A stretch of DNA of 34,304 nucleotides, filler included, from an uncultured virus (IMG/VR IMGVR_UViG_2049941000_000096) (lineage: Duplodnaviria; Heunggongvirae; Uroviricota; Caudoviricetes). It is 13 parts of one record of this genome, joined end to end, with 100 filler letters (N's around TTAATTAATTAA, not from the genome) between each part and the next. Parts side by side here need not be neighbours in the genome. Positions count along the whole stretch, not along the records: positions 22,157 to 23,442 come from IMGVR_UViG_2049941000_000096; positions 23,543 to 24,950 come from IMGVR_UViG_2049941000_000096; positions 25,051 to 27,443 come from IMGVR_UViG_2049941000_000096; positions 27,544 to 29,830 come from IMGVR_UViG_2049941000_000096; positions 29,931 to 32,139 come from IMGVR_UViG_2049941000_000096; 8 more parts are not named here. The stretch is one strand, 5' to 3'. The position numbers were made by a program, and so were the translations under genes. The notes beneath the pieces were generated by a model. It did no database searches, had not been told where the DNA came from, and saw only the letters and a program-made list of their open reading frames with translations. Positions 22,158-31,067 of the stretch are shown piece after piece (the first letter of the stretch is position 1; each line of letters begins with the position of its first letter).

Positions 22158-22415
22158 TGTACTTATTCAGAAAACACACAGCATGCACACAAAACCGGGC
22201 TTCAAACAAAAACTTCTGATAAAGTGGTTGTTAGAGGTGACGGAAGTGTATATAAGTCGTTGACGGAGGCAGCGACAAAAAACGGAATTACGAAGTCAGC
22301 AATAAGCAAAGTAATTCATGGAACTCGAAAATCAGCAGGCGGTTGGACTTGGAAGGAGGTAGAAGATGCCGCGAATGTACACGAAAATAACACCACAGAT
22401 AGTCAAGAAAGTTAA
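22158..22415 (+). CDS. HNH homing endonuclease, C-terminal fragment with NUMOD1/IENR1 DNA-binding domain
   Basis: CTYSENTQHAHKTGL (end of the HNH motif, WxTxSENxxHA), then YKSLTEAA...ISKVIHGTRKSAGGWTWK (I-HmuI-like tail). Confidence 0.85.
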   Translation, partial: CTYSENTQHAHKTGLQTKTSDKVVVRGDGSVYKSLTEAATKNGITKSAISKVIHGTRKSAGGWTWKEVEDAANVHENNTTDSQES

Positions 22416-22564
22416 AGGCTATCTCGAAGATGAAAGAGGCTTCTCTAAAAAAGAAATAGCTAAAATCGTAGGAATCAGCGATCATTCGGTAGCAAGGATT
22501 GAACAGGGATTATACGACCCCCCGGTTGAAAAACCTGAAGCAACACAGTCGGAGGACTCGTCAA
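22366..22564 (+). CDS. Small HTH DNA-binding protein (3' truncated)
   Basis: RBS GGAGGT; GFSKKEIAKIVGISDHSVARIEQG. Confidence 0.75.
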
Positions 22565-22696
22565 NNNNNNNNNNTGTGTAGTAGATACTTCCCTAACTTG
22601 TTTAGCAAGCATCTTAGAAGAGTACACACCGATACATACGCATAAGCGTTGTATATACAACCTATTAACCATGCATGTAAAAAGGAGGAAAAAATC

Positions 22697-23012
22697 ATGC
22701 GCGTAGTTATTAATTCTAACATTCTCACAGTAGAAACTGACATTCCTGTAGCTGTAGTTGAGCGCGGCATCGCAGATCTCACCGCTTACGATGAGAAGAA
22801 GAACCCGCTGTACGCAGTAAAGCTTAACAAGGATGGCAACGGCAACCTCAGCCAGTTCGGACTCTCAGCTAACTCCATCATAGATGGTAAGCTGGCAGTA
22901 GTGATCGTTGAGGAGATCGGATTTACCCGCGAGGACTTCATCAAGAAGTACGGTAAGGGTGTTGTAGCAGCACAGAAGTTCTGCCCGATCATTACAGGAA
23001 TTATATCATCAC
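22697..23012 (+). CDS. Hypothetical protein (3' truncated)
   Basis: RBS AAGGAGG, start MRVVINSNILTVETD; strongly biased codon usage (AAG, TTC, ATC, GGC) suggests high expression. Confidence 0.8.
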
Positions 23013-23079
23013 NNNNNNNNNNATAAAACCCCCTCCCAGAAAAGATTTAAAGGGGAGGGGTGCACACAGGAGGTATAAC

Positions 23080-23265
23080 ATGGAAATAAAAGACAGACTC
23101 AAACAGCTACGCAACCTCACAGGAATGACACAGCATACATTTGCTGATAGGTTTAACATTCCACACAGTACATATGAGCAGTGGGAAATGGGTATACGTA
23201 AGCCCCCTGTGTATGTAGTAGATATGATAGAAACCATAGTTCATTTGGAAAGAGGTGATTGGTAA
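23080..23265 (+). CDS. XRE-family HTH transcriptional regulator
   Basis: LKQLRNLTGMTQHTFADRFNIPHSTYEQWEMGIRKPP; RBS AGGAGG. Confidence 0.9.
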   Translation: MEIKDRLKQLRNLTGMTQHTFADRFNIPHSTYEQWEMGIRKPPVYVVDMIETIVHLERGDW

Positions 23266-23408
23266 TGAGATACTTGTACATGAACAAAACCACAGGAGAA
23301 CTTTATCCTAACTTATGGTGTGCAATTCGCACGATCATCCATGACATGATTTATAACCCCCGGTGCAGAACACTGAAGATGTTCTGGTTGCAACGAGGCG
23401 ATTTCTAA
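23265..23408 (+). CDS. Small hypothetical protein (47 aa)
   Basis: TAATG overlap with the XRE stop, RBS AGAGGTG; MRYLYMNKTTGELYPNLWCAIRTIIHDM...; followed by another RBS and ATG. Confidence 0.55.
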   Translation: MRYLYMNKTTGELYPNLWCAIRTIIHDMIYNPRCRTLKMFWLQRGDF

Positions 23409-23543
23409 GAAAGGAGTGATACAAATGTTATGTGATACATGTNNNNNNNNNNNNNNNNNNNNNNNNNNNNNNNNNNNNNNNNNNNNTTAATTAATTAANN
23501 NNNNNNNNNNNNNNNNNNNNNNNNNNNNNNNNNNNNNNNNNNA

Positions 23544-24271
23544 AGAATAGGAATTCCTGAAGTACACATATATGACTTCGACACAGTAGATGCACATAAC
23601 ATAACCAATCAGATGTTTCTGTACAATGATATAGGTATGTCCAAGGTTGATGCCTGTGAAGCAGCTATGAAAGGTATTAATCCAGACATGAAAATCCATA
23701 AACATCCAGAAGGTTTACAAGAACCTTATGTAGTAAATGGANNNNNNNNNNGCGAAAACGAAGAGAAACAGATGTGCATAGCAAATGACTACGATCGTTA
23801 CGACGATGATGGTTCTGCGTACAGCAGCAATCCAACAGACCCGGACATTGACTCAGTTCGTACTATCTTTGAGACAATGATTGACCGCACAGCAGAACGC
23901 GGGTCTAAGTCACTCTACAATACCTGCCTGTCAATACACACTATAATTGACAGAACCCTTGGAGATATGTTATTAATGAACTNNNNNNNNNNGCAACTCC
24001 GATGTCAGCATGCGGTGTAGAACTGAGTGTAGTTTACACAGTAAAAGCAATAACAGCATTCGGTATAGCAAACATGGTTAAGTGGCTGCAAGATGCAGAT
24101 TACAAAACTATGGCTATAGTGAATATGGATACATTCACAGTAGATGCATTCAAAGCAAAGCCTAGGAAAAAGAAATCCTTCTTCGATGAATTCAATAAGA
24201 AGCTTGGTATAAAGATAACTGTCAACATTGAAGCTCCGAAGGAGCAAACAGAGGATTTTGATACATTATAA
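23544..24271 (+). CDS. ThiF/MoeB/E1-family adenylyltransferase (pieces 23544-23741 and 23993-24271; 5' truncated)
   Basis: RIGIPEVHIYDFDTVDAHNITNQMF...DIGMSKVDACEAAMKGINP (DxDxVxxxNxxxQ and GxxKV motifs). The C-terminal piece ATPMSACGVELSVVYTVKAI carries a Cys at the crossover-loop position. Confidence 0.88.
23753..23982 (+). CDS. Unrelated coding fragment inserted between the ThiF halves (probably a misplaced contig)
   Basis: The only long open plus-strand frame is ENEEKQMCIANDYDRYDDDGSAYSSNPTDPDIDSVRTIFETMIDR...; it is bounded by 10-N gaps and has no ThiF motifs. Confidence 0.4.
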
Positions 24272-24347
24272 TAAGGTAATCTTTTAAGTACCAGCCCAAT
24301 ATGAAATTTAAAGCCACCCCCTGCCTGGGTGAGAAAGGAACAACATC

Positions 24348-24950
24348 ATGGTATACTTAAACTACTTGTCTAAGACAAGAAACAAAATCGGTATGACACC
24401 AGAAGAACTTCAGAAAGAAATAGAATACAACAAAGGACGTATAGCTACTAAGGTACTACCCAATGCCAACCGGATCAAGTACAACTCAAAGACAAATGAT
24501 ATCCTCTGTAACCTTAATAATTTTGTCTATGCTATGAATATAAACTATCCTGATATATCAGGTATGTACCGCACATTCCAGATCCCTAAGCGTTCAGGAG
24601 GCTTCAGAGAAATATGTGCACCTGATGATACACTTAAAATGATCCAGGAACACATTCTGGAAATATTCACCAAAAAGCTTAAGGTTTTACCGCACAATGC
24701 AGCACATGGATTTACAAAGCATCGCAACTGTAAGACTGCATTAGAGGTACATAAGGCACATGGATCACGTTGGTTTCTGAAGCTGGATATAAAAGACTTC
24801 TTCCCCAACACAACTACCGATATCATAAAGGATGCCATGAAACAGGTTTATCCTTACTGTCTTATGACAGAACAGTGTATGAACAAGATGATTACTATAT
24901 GTACATTAAATGGTGCAACTCCGCAGGGCGCACCTACATCACCTATGATA
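24348..24950 (+). CDS. Retron-class RNA-directed DNA polymerase (reverse transcriptase), 3' truncated before the YxDD motif
   Basis: YRTFQIPKRSGGFREICAPDDTLKMIQ, HNAAHGFTKHRNCKTALEVH (region X-like, ALxxH for NAxxH), FLKLDIKDFFP and LNGATPQGAPTSPMI; RBS GAAAGGAA. Confidence 0.93.
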
Positions 24951-25052
24951 NNNNNNNNNNNNNNNNNNNNNNNNNNNNNNNNNNNNNNNNNNNNTTAATT
25001 AATTAANNNNNNNNNNNNNNNNNNNNNNNNNNNNNNNNNNNNNNNNNNNNTG

Positions 25053-25226
25053 GTAGCTACTTCACAGGAAAATGTAAAACCTAAAAAGTTGATTCATGTG
25101 ATGTTGCAGGGAACCTACGACGTTCAAACATACAGGCTCGTTGAACGTAACGTAGATGAAACTGCAATCATCAATGATTATAAAAACTATATCCAAGAGA
25201 GGAGAAAGAACAATGGCAAACAATAA
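25053..25226 (+). CDS. C-terminal end of the SNF2 helicase (partner of 1-438)
   Basis: KLIHVMLQGTYDVQTYRLVERN resembles the SNF2 terminal motif (xxLxxxGTxDExI); its stop overlaps the next gene start. Confidence 0.6.
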   Translation, partial: VATSQENVKPKKLIHVMLQGTYDVQTYRLVERNVDETAIINDYKNYIQERRKNNGKQ

Positions 25227-26179
25227 CTTAAGCGGAGTGTTATCATTCCGTGATGCCACAAGACAGCAGGCTAAAGCCTCTATCTTAATCGAGGGATTGA
25301 GTGGTAGAGGAAAGTCAGGTTTAGCACTGTTGCTCGGACATGCATTGGCTGGTAATGATTGGTCAAAAGTATATGCCGTTGATACTGAGAATAGATCACT
25401 TGATCTGTTTGAAGGTATTAACATGAGCAATGGAGCTAAGTGTGAACCATTCAAGAAAGTAGACCTGCTCCCTGCACATGGATACGCACCTTCAAACTAT
25501 CTGATGTGTAAAGAAAATGCAATCACTGCCGGTGGTGAAGTAATCATCAATGATTCAATCACCCACATGTGGCAGCAGGAAGGTGGTGTGCTTGACATAG
25601 TTAGTCAGGTACAGCTGAAAGATAGTAAGCGGTACAATAACTACACAGCATGGGGCGCACCTGAAGTAAAGACTGAGAAGCAGGCTATCTACAACGTGGT
25701 CAGAGATGCTCGGATCCATGTAATCNNNNNNNNNNGTACGTGTTAAGGAAAAGTTTGAGATTAACTCAGACCACACGCTTACATCTCTCGGTGAACAAGA
25801 ACAGCAGATGCCTGATCTTAAGTATGAGCCTGACCTTGTGTTACAGATGCAGAAAGCAGGAGCTATGAATGGCACAGCGCCGGTAGCTAAGGTAATTAAG
25901 AGTAGGTATGCAATCTTCCAGGAGGGTGAGATATATCAGTTCACCGATGCAAACATCCAGAGTCTTGTAGACTACCTTAAGGAAGGTACTGATCCTAATG
26001 AGCTGTTTGAAAAGCAGCGCAAGGATTACATCCAGACCATTAAGAATATTCTTGATGGAGATGTANNNNNNNNNNCCATGTTTGCTACCTTAAAGGAGCA
26101 GCAGGGTTATAAGGATACCAAGCTGGTAGACTTACCGCTTGATGTTCTTCAGACACTATTAGGTATTTTATTAGCATAA
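25213..26179 (+). CDS. AAA_24/Sak4-like ATPase (putative single-strand annealing recombinase), gapped
   Basis: Start MANNN at 25213; Walker A EGLSGRGKS, AVDTENRS, Walker B IINDSITHMW, and YEPDLVL. Confidence 0.85.
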
Positions 26180-26189
26180 GGAGGCTAAC

Positions 26190-26628
26190 ATGATTAATTT
26201 TGATACTTTACCCACCAGTAACGAGTTCAAGCTCGAAGCAGATGTATATCTGGCACACATTGAGAAGGCAGAAATGCGTAAGCCTAAGGATACCAGCAAG
26301 CCTGCGTATCTTAGTCTTCAGTACAGGCTGACAAGACATAACGGTAAGAAGGCAGGCGTTATGTTTGATGCACAGTATGAATCAGACAAGCAGCTGATCA
26401 AGTACAAGCTCGGCAGGTTTCTTAATGCTTGTAAGATTCCGCTTAAGGGACAGATGGAGCTTGAGGATATAGCGACTCTGGTAGTCAACAAGGACATAGT
26501 TGTTGATACCATAATTGACGAGTCAGGTACACAGCCCAGGCTTCAGGTTGACTTGTTCGGTCGCGAAGCTTACTATCCTGTAGAGCAGTTCGATGAGATA
26601 TGGAATCTCGCACATCCTGAAGGTAACG
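26190..26628 (+). CDS. Phage single-stranded DNA-binding protein (DUF669-like), 3' truncated
   Basis: LEADVYLAHIEKAEMRKPKDTSKPAYLSLQY...YKLGRFLNACKI; typical position right after a Sak4-like ATPase. Confidence 0.7.
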
Positions 26629-26638
26629 NNNNNNNNNN

Positions 26639-27057
26639 ATAGACTATGAATATATGGTATACGCACACCAATGTCTAAAGAGTTACATACTCCAGCGTAG
26701 ACAAGACCTGTGTAGGCTCGCAGGGATGGATGTGAAAGCAACACAATCTGTCAAAATATTACAGCTGTTAAATGAAATGGATGTACCTGTAAACACCACA
26801 AACGCTGACGAATTAGGACGTACCCTATCAGATTTGAAGCACTCTTCTCCCGGGCATCCTGCCATAGAGTTCATAGAAACTCTTCAGGAATTACGTACAC
26901 TTGAGAAATGGTACAGCACTTACATCATGAGATTTATTAGAGATTACCGTGAAGAGGACGGTAAGATATATACAACCATTAATCAAGCTGGTACAGTAAG
27001 CGGAAGAGTTACATCAGACTTTCAGCAGTTCCCTAAAGATGGGATAGTAGGTATGCA
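26639..27057 (+). CDS. Family A DNA polymerase, thumb/palm middle fragment (belongs in the gap at 29059-29068)
   Basis: IDYEY...ELRTLEKWYSTYI...IYTTINQAGTVSGRVTSDFQQFP (TxTGRLSSxxPNxQxxP equivalent). Confidence 0.9.
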
Positions 27058-27067
27058 NNNNNNNNNN

Positions 27068-27229
27068 GTGGAAATGACGCACATCAGTTTCAGTACATAC
27101 TATGATAAAAGTATATTAGACATACATTCAGAACCTAGATTCGATACTATTCAATATACTGAAATGATGAAAGTATTAAAATTCTTTGTAGCAACTAATG
27201 AAATCTTTGTAGGAGGAACGCTCAAATGA
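27068..27229 (+). CDS. C-terminal fragment of a hypothetical protein
   Basis: VEMTHISF...EIFVGGTLK* with an ATGA overlap into the next gene; its fusion to polA in the ORF track crosses an N gap. Confidence 0.5.
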   Translation: MEMTHISFSTYYDKSILDIHSEPRFDTIQYTEMMKVLKFFVATNEIFVGGTLK

Positions 27230-27443
27230 ATATAAACTTTACAGACCCACGCATGGTAATGTGTCAACAGGAGTATAACAAACTCGATCCTGAAGAACGT
27301 ATAACCATGTCTCACTTTGATCTGGCACAGCACACAGCAATAGACCAGATAGAACCTTGGATTGATTTCCTCAAAGATCCCCGTGTAGCAGACAGCATCA
27401 ACGAAGAGCTTACAATCTATAAGGAAGCACAGCAGCGTAAGCT
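27226..27443 (+). CDS. Hypothetical helical protein (3' truncated); possibly small-terminase-like
   Basis: RBS AGGAGG; SHFDLAQHT...WIDFLKDPRVADSINEEL is HTH-like. The function is a guess. Confidence 0.5.
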
Positions 27444-27545
27444 NNNNNNNNNNNNNNNNNNNNNNNNNNNNNNNNNNNNNNNNNNNNTTAATTAATTAAN
27501 NNNNNNNNNNNNNNNNNNNNNNNNNNNNNNNNNNNNNNNNNNNGA

Positions 27546-28338
27546 AATGACCAACTGATAAAAGTAATTGATCTTGCTTATCACACACCACTTGCGTTTA
27601 ATCTGGGACAGTTTAAAAATGTCAGAGGATATCTTGATACACTTGTCGTAGGTGAATCAAGAGTAGGTAAGTCAAGCACAGCAGAAGCACTGAGAACTAC
27701 ATATCAGCTCGGTACATTTACATCACTCGCAGGAAATAGTGCTACTGTACCTGGTCTTATAGGTGGTAGTAATAAAACTCCTGGTGGTGGAATGCAGACC
27801 AAAGCAGGACTCATTCCTCAGAATCACAAGGGTATGATTATATTTGAAGAGTTCGGTAAATGTAATAGTAATATCACAGCCGAGCTTACAGATATCCGCA
27901 GCAGTAATGAAGTAAGGATAACCAGAGTATCTGGAATACTTACACTGCCTGCTATGGTAAGGATGATATCTCTGAGTAATGTGAAATCAACAGGATCTGA
28001 GATAAAATCAATAGCGTCATATCCTAACGGTATTTCAATAATAACTGAGCTTGTGTCTACAGCAGAAGATATAGCTCGGTATGATATAATGTGTGNNNNN
28101 NNNNNTTCCTCAGCTTTTAATAATGCTGGAGCAGGAATCAAAACCATCAAGAAACTCTTTGATGGCAGCTGTAGGCTTAGACGCAAATACATATAATGGA
28201 TTTATGTCTCAGCTTATAAGAGGAAGTTTTATAAAGTTATCTGGAATGGATGTACTTCCTACAGAACGATTCAGACTTGGTATGGCTAAGATAAACAGAA
28301 ATGGAAGCCTGGTTAAATTAGGAGAGACAAATGCTTAA
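27546..28338 (+). CDS. MCM-type AAA+ replicative helicase (5' truncated, gapped)
   Basis: Walker A LVVGESRVGKS, ATVPGLIGG, KAGLIPQNHKGMIIFEEFGK (Walker B), pre-sensor-1 hairpin VRITRVSGILTLPAMVRMISLSN, arginine finger ARYD, and a winged-helix-like C-terminus. Confidence 0.85.
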
Positions 28339-29829
28339 ATGTGAATGGACACATACAACCATTACAAATGAAAAAGATTTAAGTAATATGGTAGTTAACT
28401 ACCATCCATCTGATGTAGTAGCTGCTGGGTTTGACACAGAAACTACAGGACTACACATCATATATGACACTCCTTTCTTAATGCAGTTTGGATGGGTGAC
28501 AAGGGATATGAAAGGTTATACCTATGCCATAGATCTTGAAGCCCATCCAGACCTTGGAAAAAGAGTCATTTCTGTGTGGCATGTGCTTGCTATACAAGCT
28601 CCTATATATCTTGGACATAACGTTAAGTTTGATTTACACATGCTTATTAACATTGATATTCCATACACAGCAGATAACATATCAGATACAATGATATGGA
28701 TAAGACTTGGTTCTGATGCAATCCCTGAGCGTAAAGGTGGAAGTCCTTTAGGTCTTAAACCGTTTGCCAAGAAGTACATTGATTCCAGTGCAGCAGATAT
28801 GGATAAGCTACTCCAGGAAGAACGTACAAAGATTTCTAAAGAACTTAATGCATTATTGAAGAAACGCCTGGGATGGACTAAGAAAGTCATAGACGAATTC
28901 TTTAATGATAAAGTACATACTAAAGAAGATTTACCTGAGAATAAAAAGAAAGCATATGAACTCTGGTATGAGAATGATCTTCCAGAATATCTGAAAGGTA
29001 AGATCACAGGAGCAGTAAGTTCAGATGACATACCTTATAACGTACTTAACAGAGATAANNNNNNNNNNGCAATAGTATATCTGGATTATTCACAGATAGA
29101 GTTGCGTCTTCAGGCTGCCTATACCATAGGCATAGGTCATCCTGACACAAACCTTTGTCGTGCATACAGTCCTTATAAGTGTCATCTGGCAGACGGAACC
29201 CCATACGATGTCAATAATCACTGGTGTATAGAACATGCGTACGACCGAGAATGGTATTATGACGAGAATCCGACAGAGAAATGGACTCCGCTAGACGTTC
29301 ACGGGGCAACTACAAAGATTGCTTTTAACATAGATGAATCTCATCCAGACTTTCATACACTCAGATACAAAGGAAAACGTGTAAACTTTGCAAAGAACTA
29401 TGGAGCACAGTTCAGCAAGATTAGAGAAATGTTTCCTGAGTATGACGATAAACAGGTACACAAAATAGATGATGCATATTATAAAGCTTTCCCAGGTGTA
29501 AAAGAATATCATAATTTCTGCTACACAGTAGCTAACCAGAAAGCTTATATGCAGAATATGTTTGGTGTGAAATATTATGGAGCGTCTGGACATAATCTCA
29601 TCAACATGCTTGTGCAGGGTACAGGAGCTTATTACTTGAAATGGAAAATAGTTCAAGTAGATGAGTACCTGAGAAAGAATCATTATAAATCTAAACTGAT
29701 GATGCAAATACATGATGAGCTTCAGTTTAAGAAACACAAGGATGATGACCCTAAAATCTTCTTTGATATAAAGAAAATCATGGAAGATTGGGAAGATACA
29801 ACAGTTCCTATAGTTGCCGATATGGAAGT
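28331..29829 (+). CDS. polA: Family A DNA polymerase with 3'-5' exonuclease (gapped, 3' truncated)
   Basis: Exo I FDTETTGL, Exo II GHNVKFDLHM, motif A YLDYSQIELR, motif B RYKGKRVNFAKNYG, NMLVQGTGA, and motif C QIHDEL. Confidence 0.95.
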
Positions 29830-29930
29830 ANNNNNNNNNNNNNNNNNNNNNNNNNNNNNNNNNNNNNNNNNNNNTTAATTAATTAANNNNNNNNNNNNNN
29901 NNNNNNNNNNNNNNNNNNNNNNNNNNNNNN

Positions 29931-30988
29931 ATTCTAAGCTTATCGCTCATCTTATCTGCTTTCTCATTCTGTGAAAAGGCAGCTGAAAGAGTATAAGCAC
30001 CTATCATACATGTAGCAACAAGGTCTAATTCTTCTATAAATGAATTACCAAGTTTAATATAGTGTGTACCATTTAAGTCTAAGTTACCGGCGTTAAATGT
30101 TCTAGGTACACCAAGATAACTGTCTACTGCTTCATCTGTTATCATATTTGCTATAGGTGCTATGTTCTGCTCATAATAATTATCATAAGCCTTATCCGCA
30201 CCACGCTCATATAAATAATATTCTTTCTGCCTGTACTTAAGTAATATATCATGGATTTCCTGTGTAGTCCTGGATCCGTCACCGTTATACTGAGCTGCAC
30301 GCCAAGCTGTCTTAACTGCAAAAGAGTTTGCATGGTCAAACCAATACAGCGCATTATAAAGCTTGTACTGTGTAAATGGCATGAAGTCTTCTATTTTACC
30401 AATACCTGCATAGTGGAACTGAGTAGCAGTAACATGCTGCATAGCTTCTGCTTCTGAAGCACCGCCCTCAATAAACGTCTGATATATTGCAAGTCGTGCG
30501 CGAGTCTCTGCATTATTAAATTGACTTCTGTTAAAGTTAAGTACAGGAAATCTGGATATCTGATCTCCCCATGAAGTTACAGTAGGGTTGTAATTATAAA
30601 ACTCTTTGCTGAGCGTATCTAAATCTATCTGACCGGATACAACTTCTTTATGAAGATTCTTATACACAGCATCCATAGCTTTATCATGTATCTCGACCAT
30701 ATGTTTTTCAAGCTGTGCATTAGTCATGCCATAGTATTTAGTAGAACCATACACACCATCAAAGGTTTTACGTACTTTCTTTGCAACATCCACATCAAGG
30801 TTAAGAGCATCCATAAGCTGCTGTTCAGAAGCCTGATGTAATTCTCTGATAGTCATGTCTGAGACTAATGAATCTCCACCGCATGTGTGTTCATATCCAT
30901 AGAATATATTGAACCTATCAAGACTAAAATTCTTAAACTGCTCAGGATGTTCAGAATAATACTTGGCAATTGTTTCTTTATTTACTAT
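29931..30988 (-). CDS. Giant virion protein fragment (large polyvalent-protein-like C-terminal region)
   Basis: FNNAETRARLAIY...EAEAMQHVTATQFHY...FMPFTQY follows the ExxxRxxxY...EA...FDY...PF pattern of large phage ejection proteins. Confidence 0.6.
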
Positions 30989-30998
30989 NNNNNNNNNN

Positions 30999-31067
30999 AT
31001 AGCACAATTTGCAGATAAAGAATATTGTCCTGATTGTGGTGCAAAAATGAAAGGAGAAGGTACATGA
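30999..31067 (+). CDS. C-terminal end of a small zinc-ribbon protein
   Basis: IAQFADKEYCPDCGAKMKGEGT* (YCPxCGAKM motif) with an ATGA overlap into the resolvase gene. Confidence 0.7.
   Translation: MAQFADKEYCPDCGAKMKGEGT

Noticed and set aside
22158..22415. HNH gene as evidence of a group I intron
   Set aside because: It overlaps a downstream gene with its own RBS and no interrupted host gene or intron core is visible; it is best read as free-standing.
24348..24950. RT as a DGR or group II intron enzyme
   Set aside because: Its motifs are retron-like (AHGF, PQGAPTSP) rather than DGR (GxPIG, SQ) or intron (PQGGxxSPLLAN) type. No Avd gene, TR/VR pair or intron RNA is visible.
30988..30999. 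Divergent junction between the giant virion gene and the resolvase cluster as a strand-switch or promoter region
   Set aside because: Both sides are mid-gene at a 10-N gap, so this is a scaffolding misjoin.
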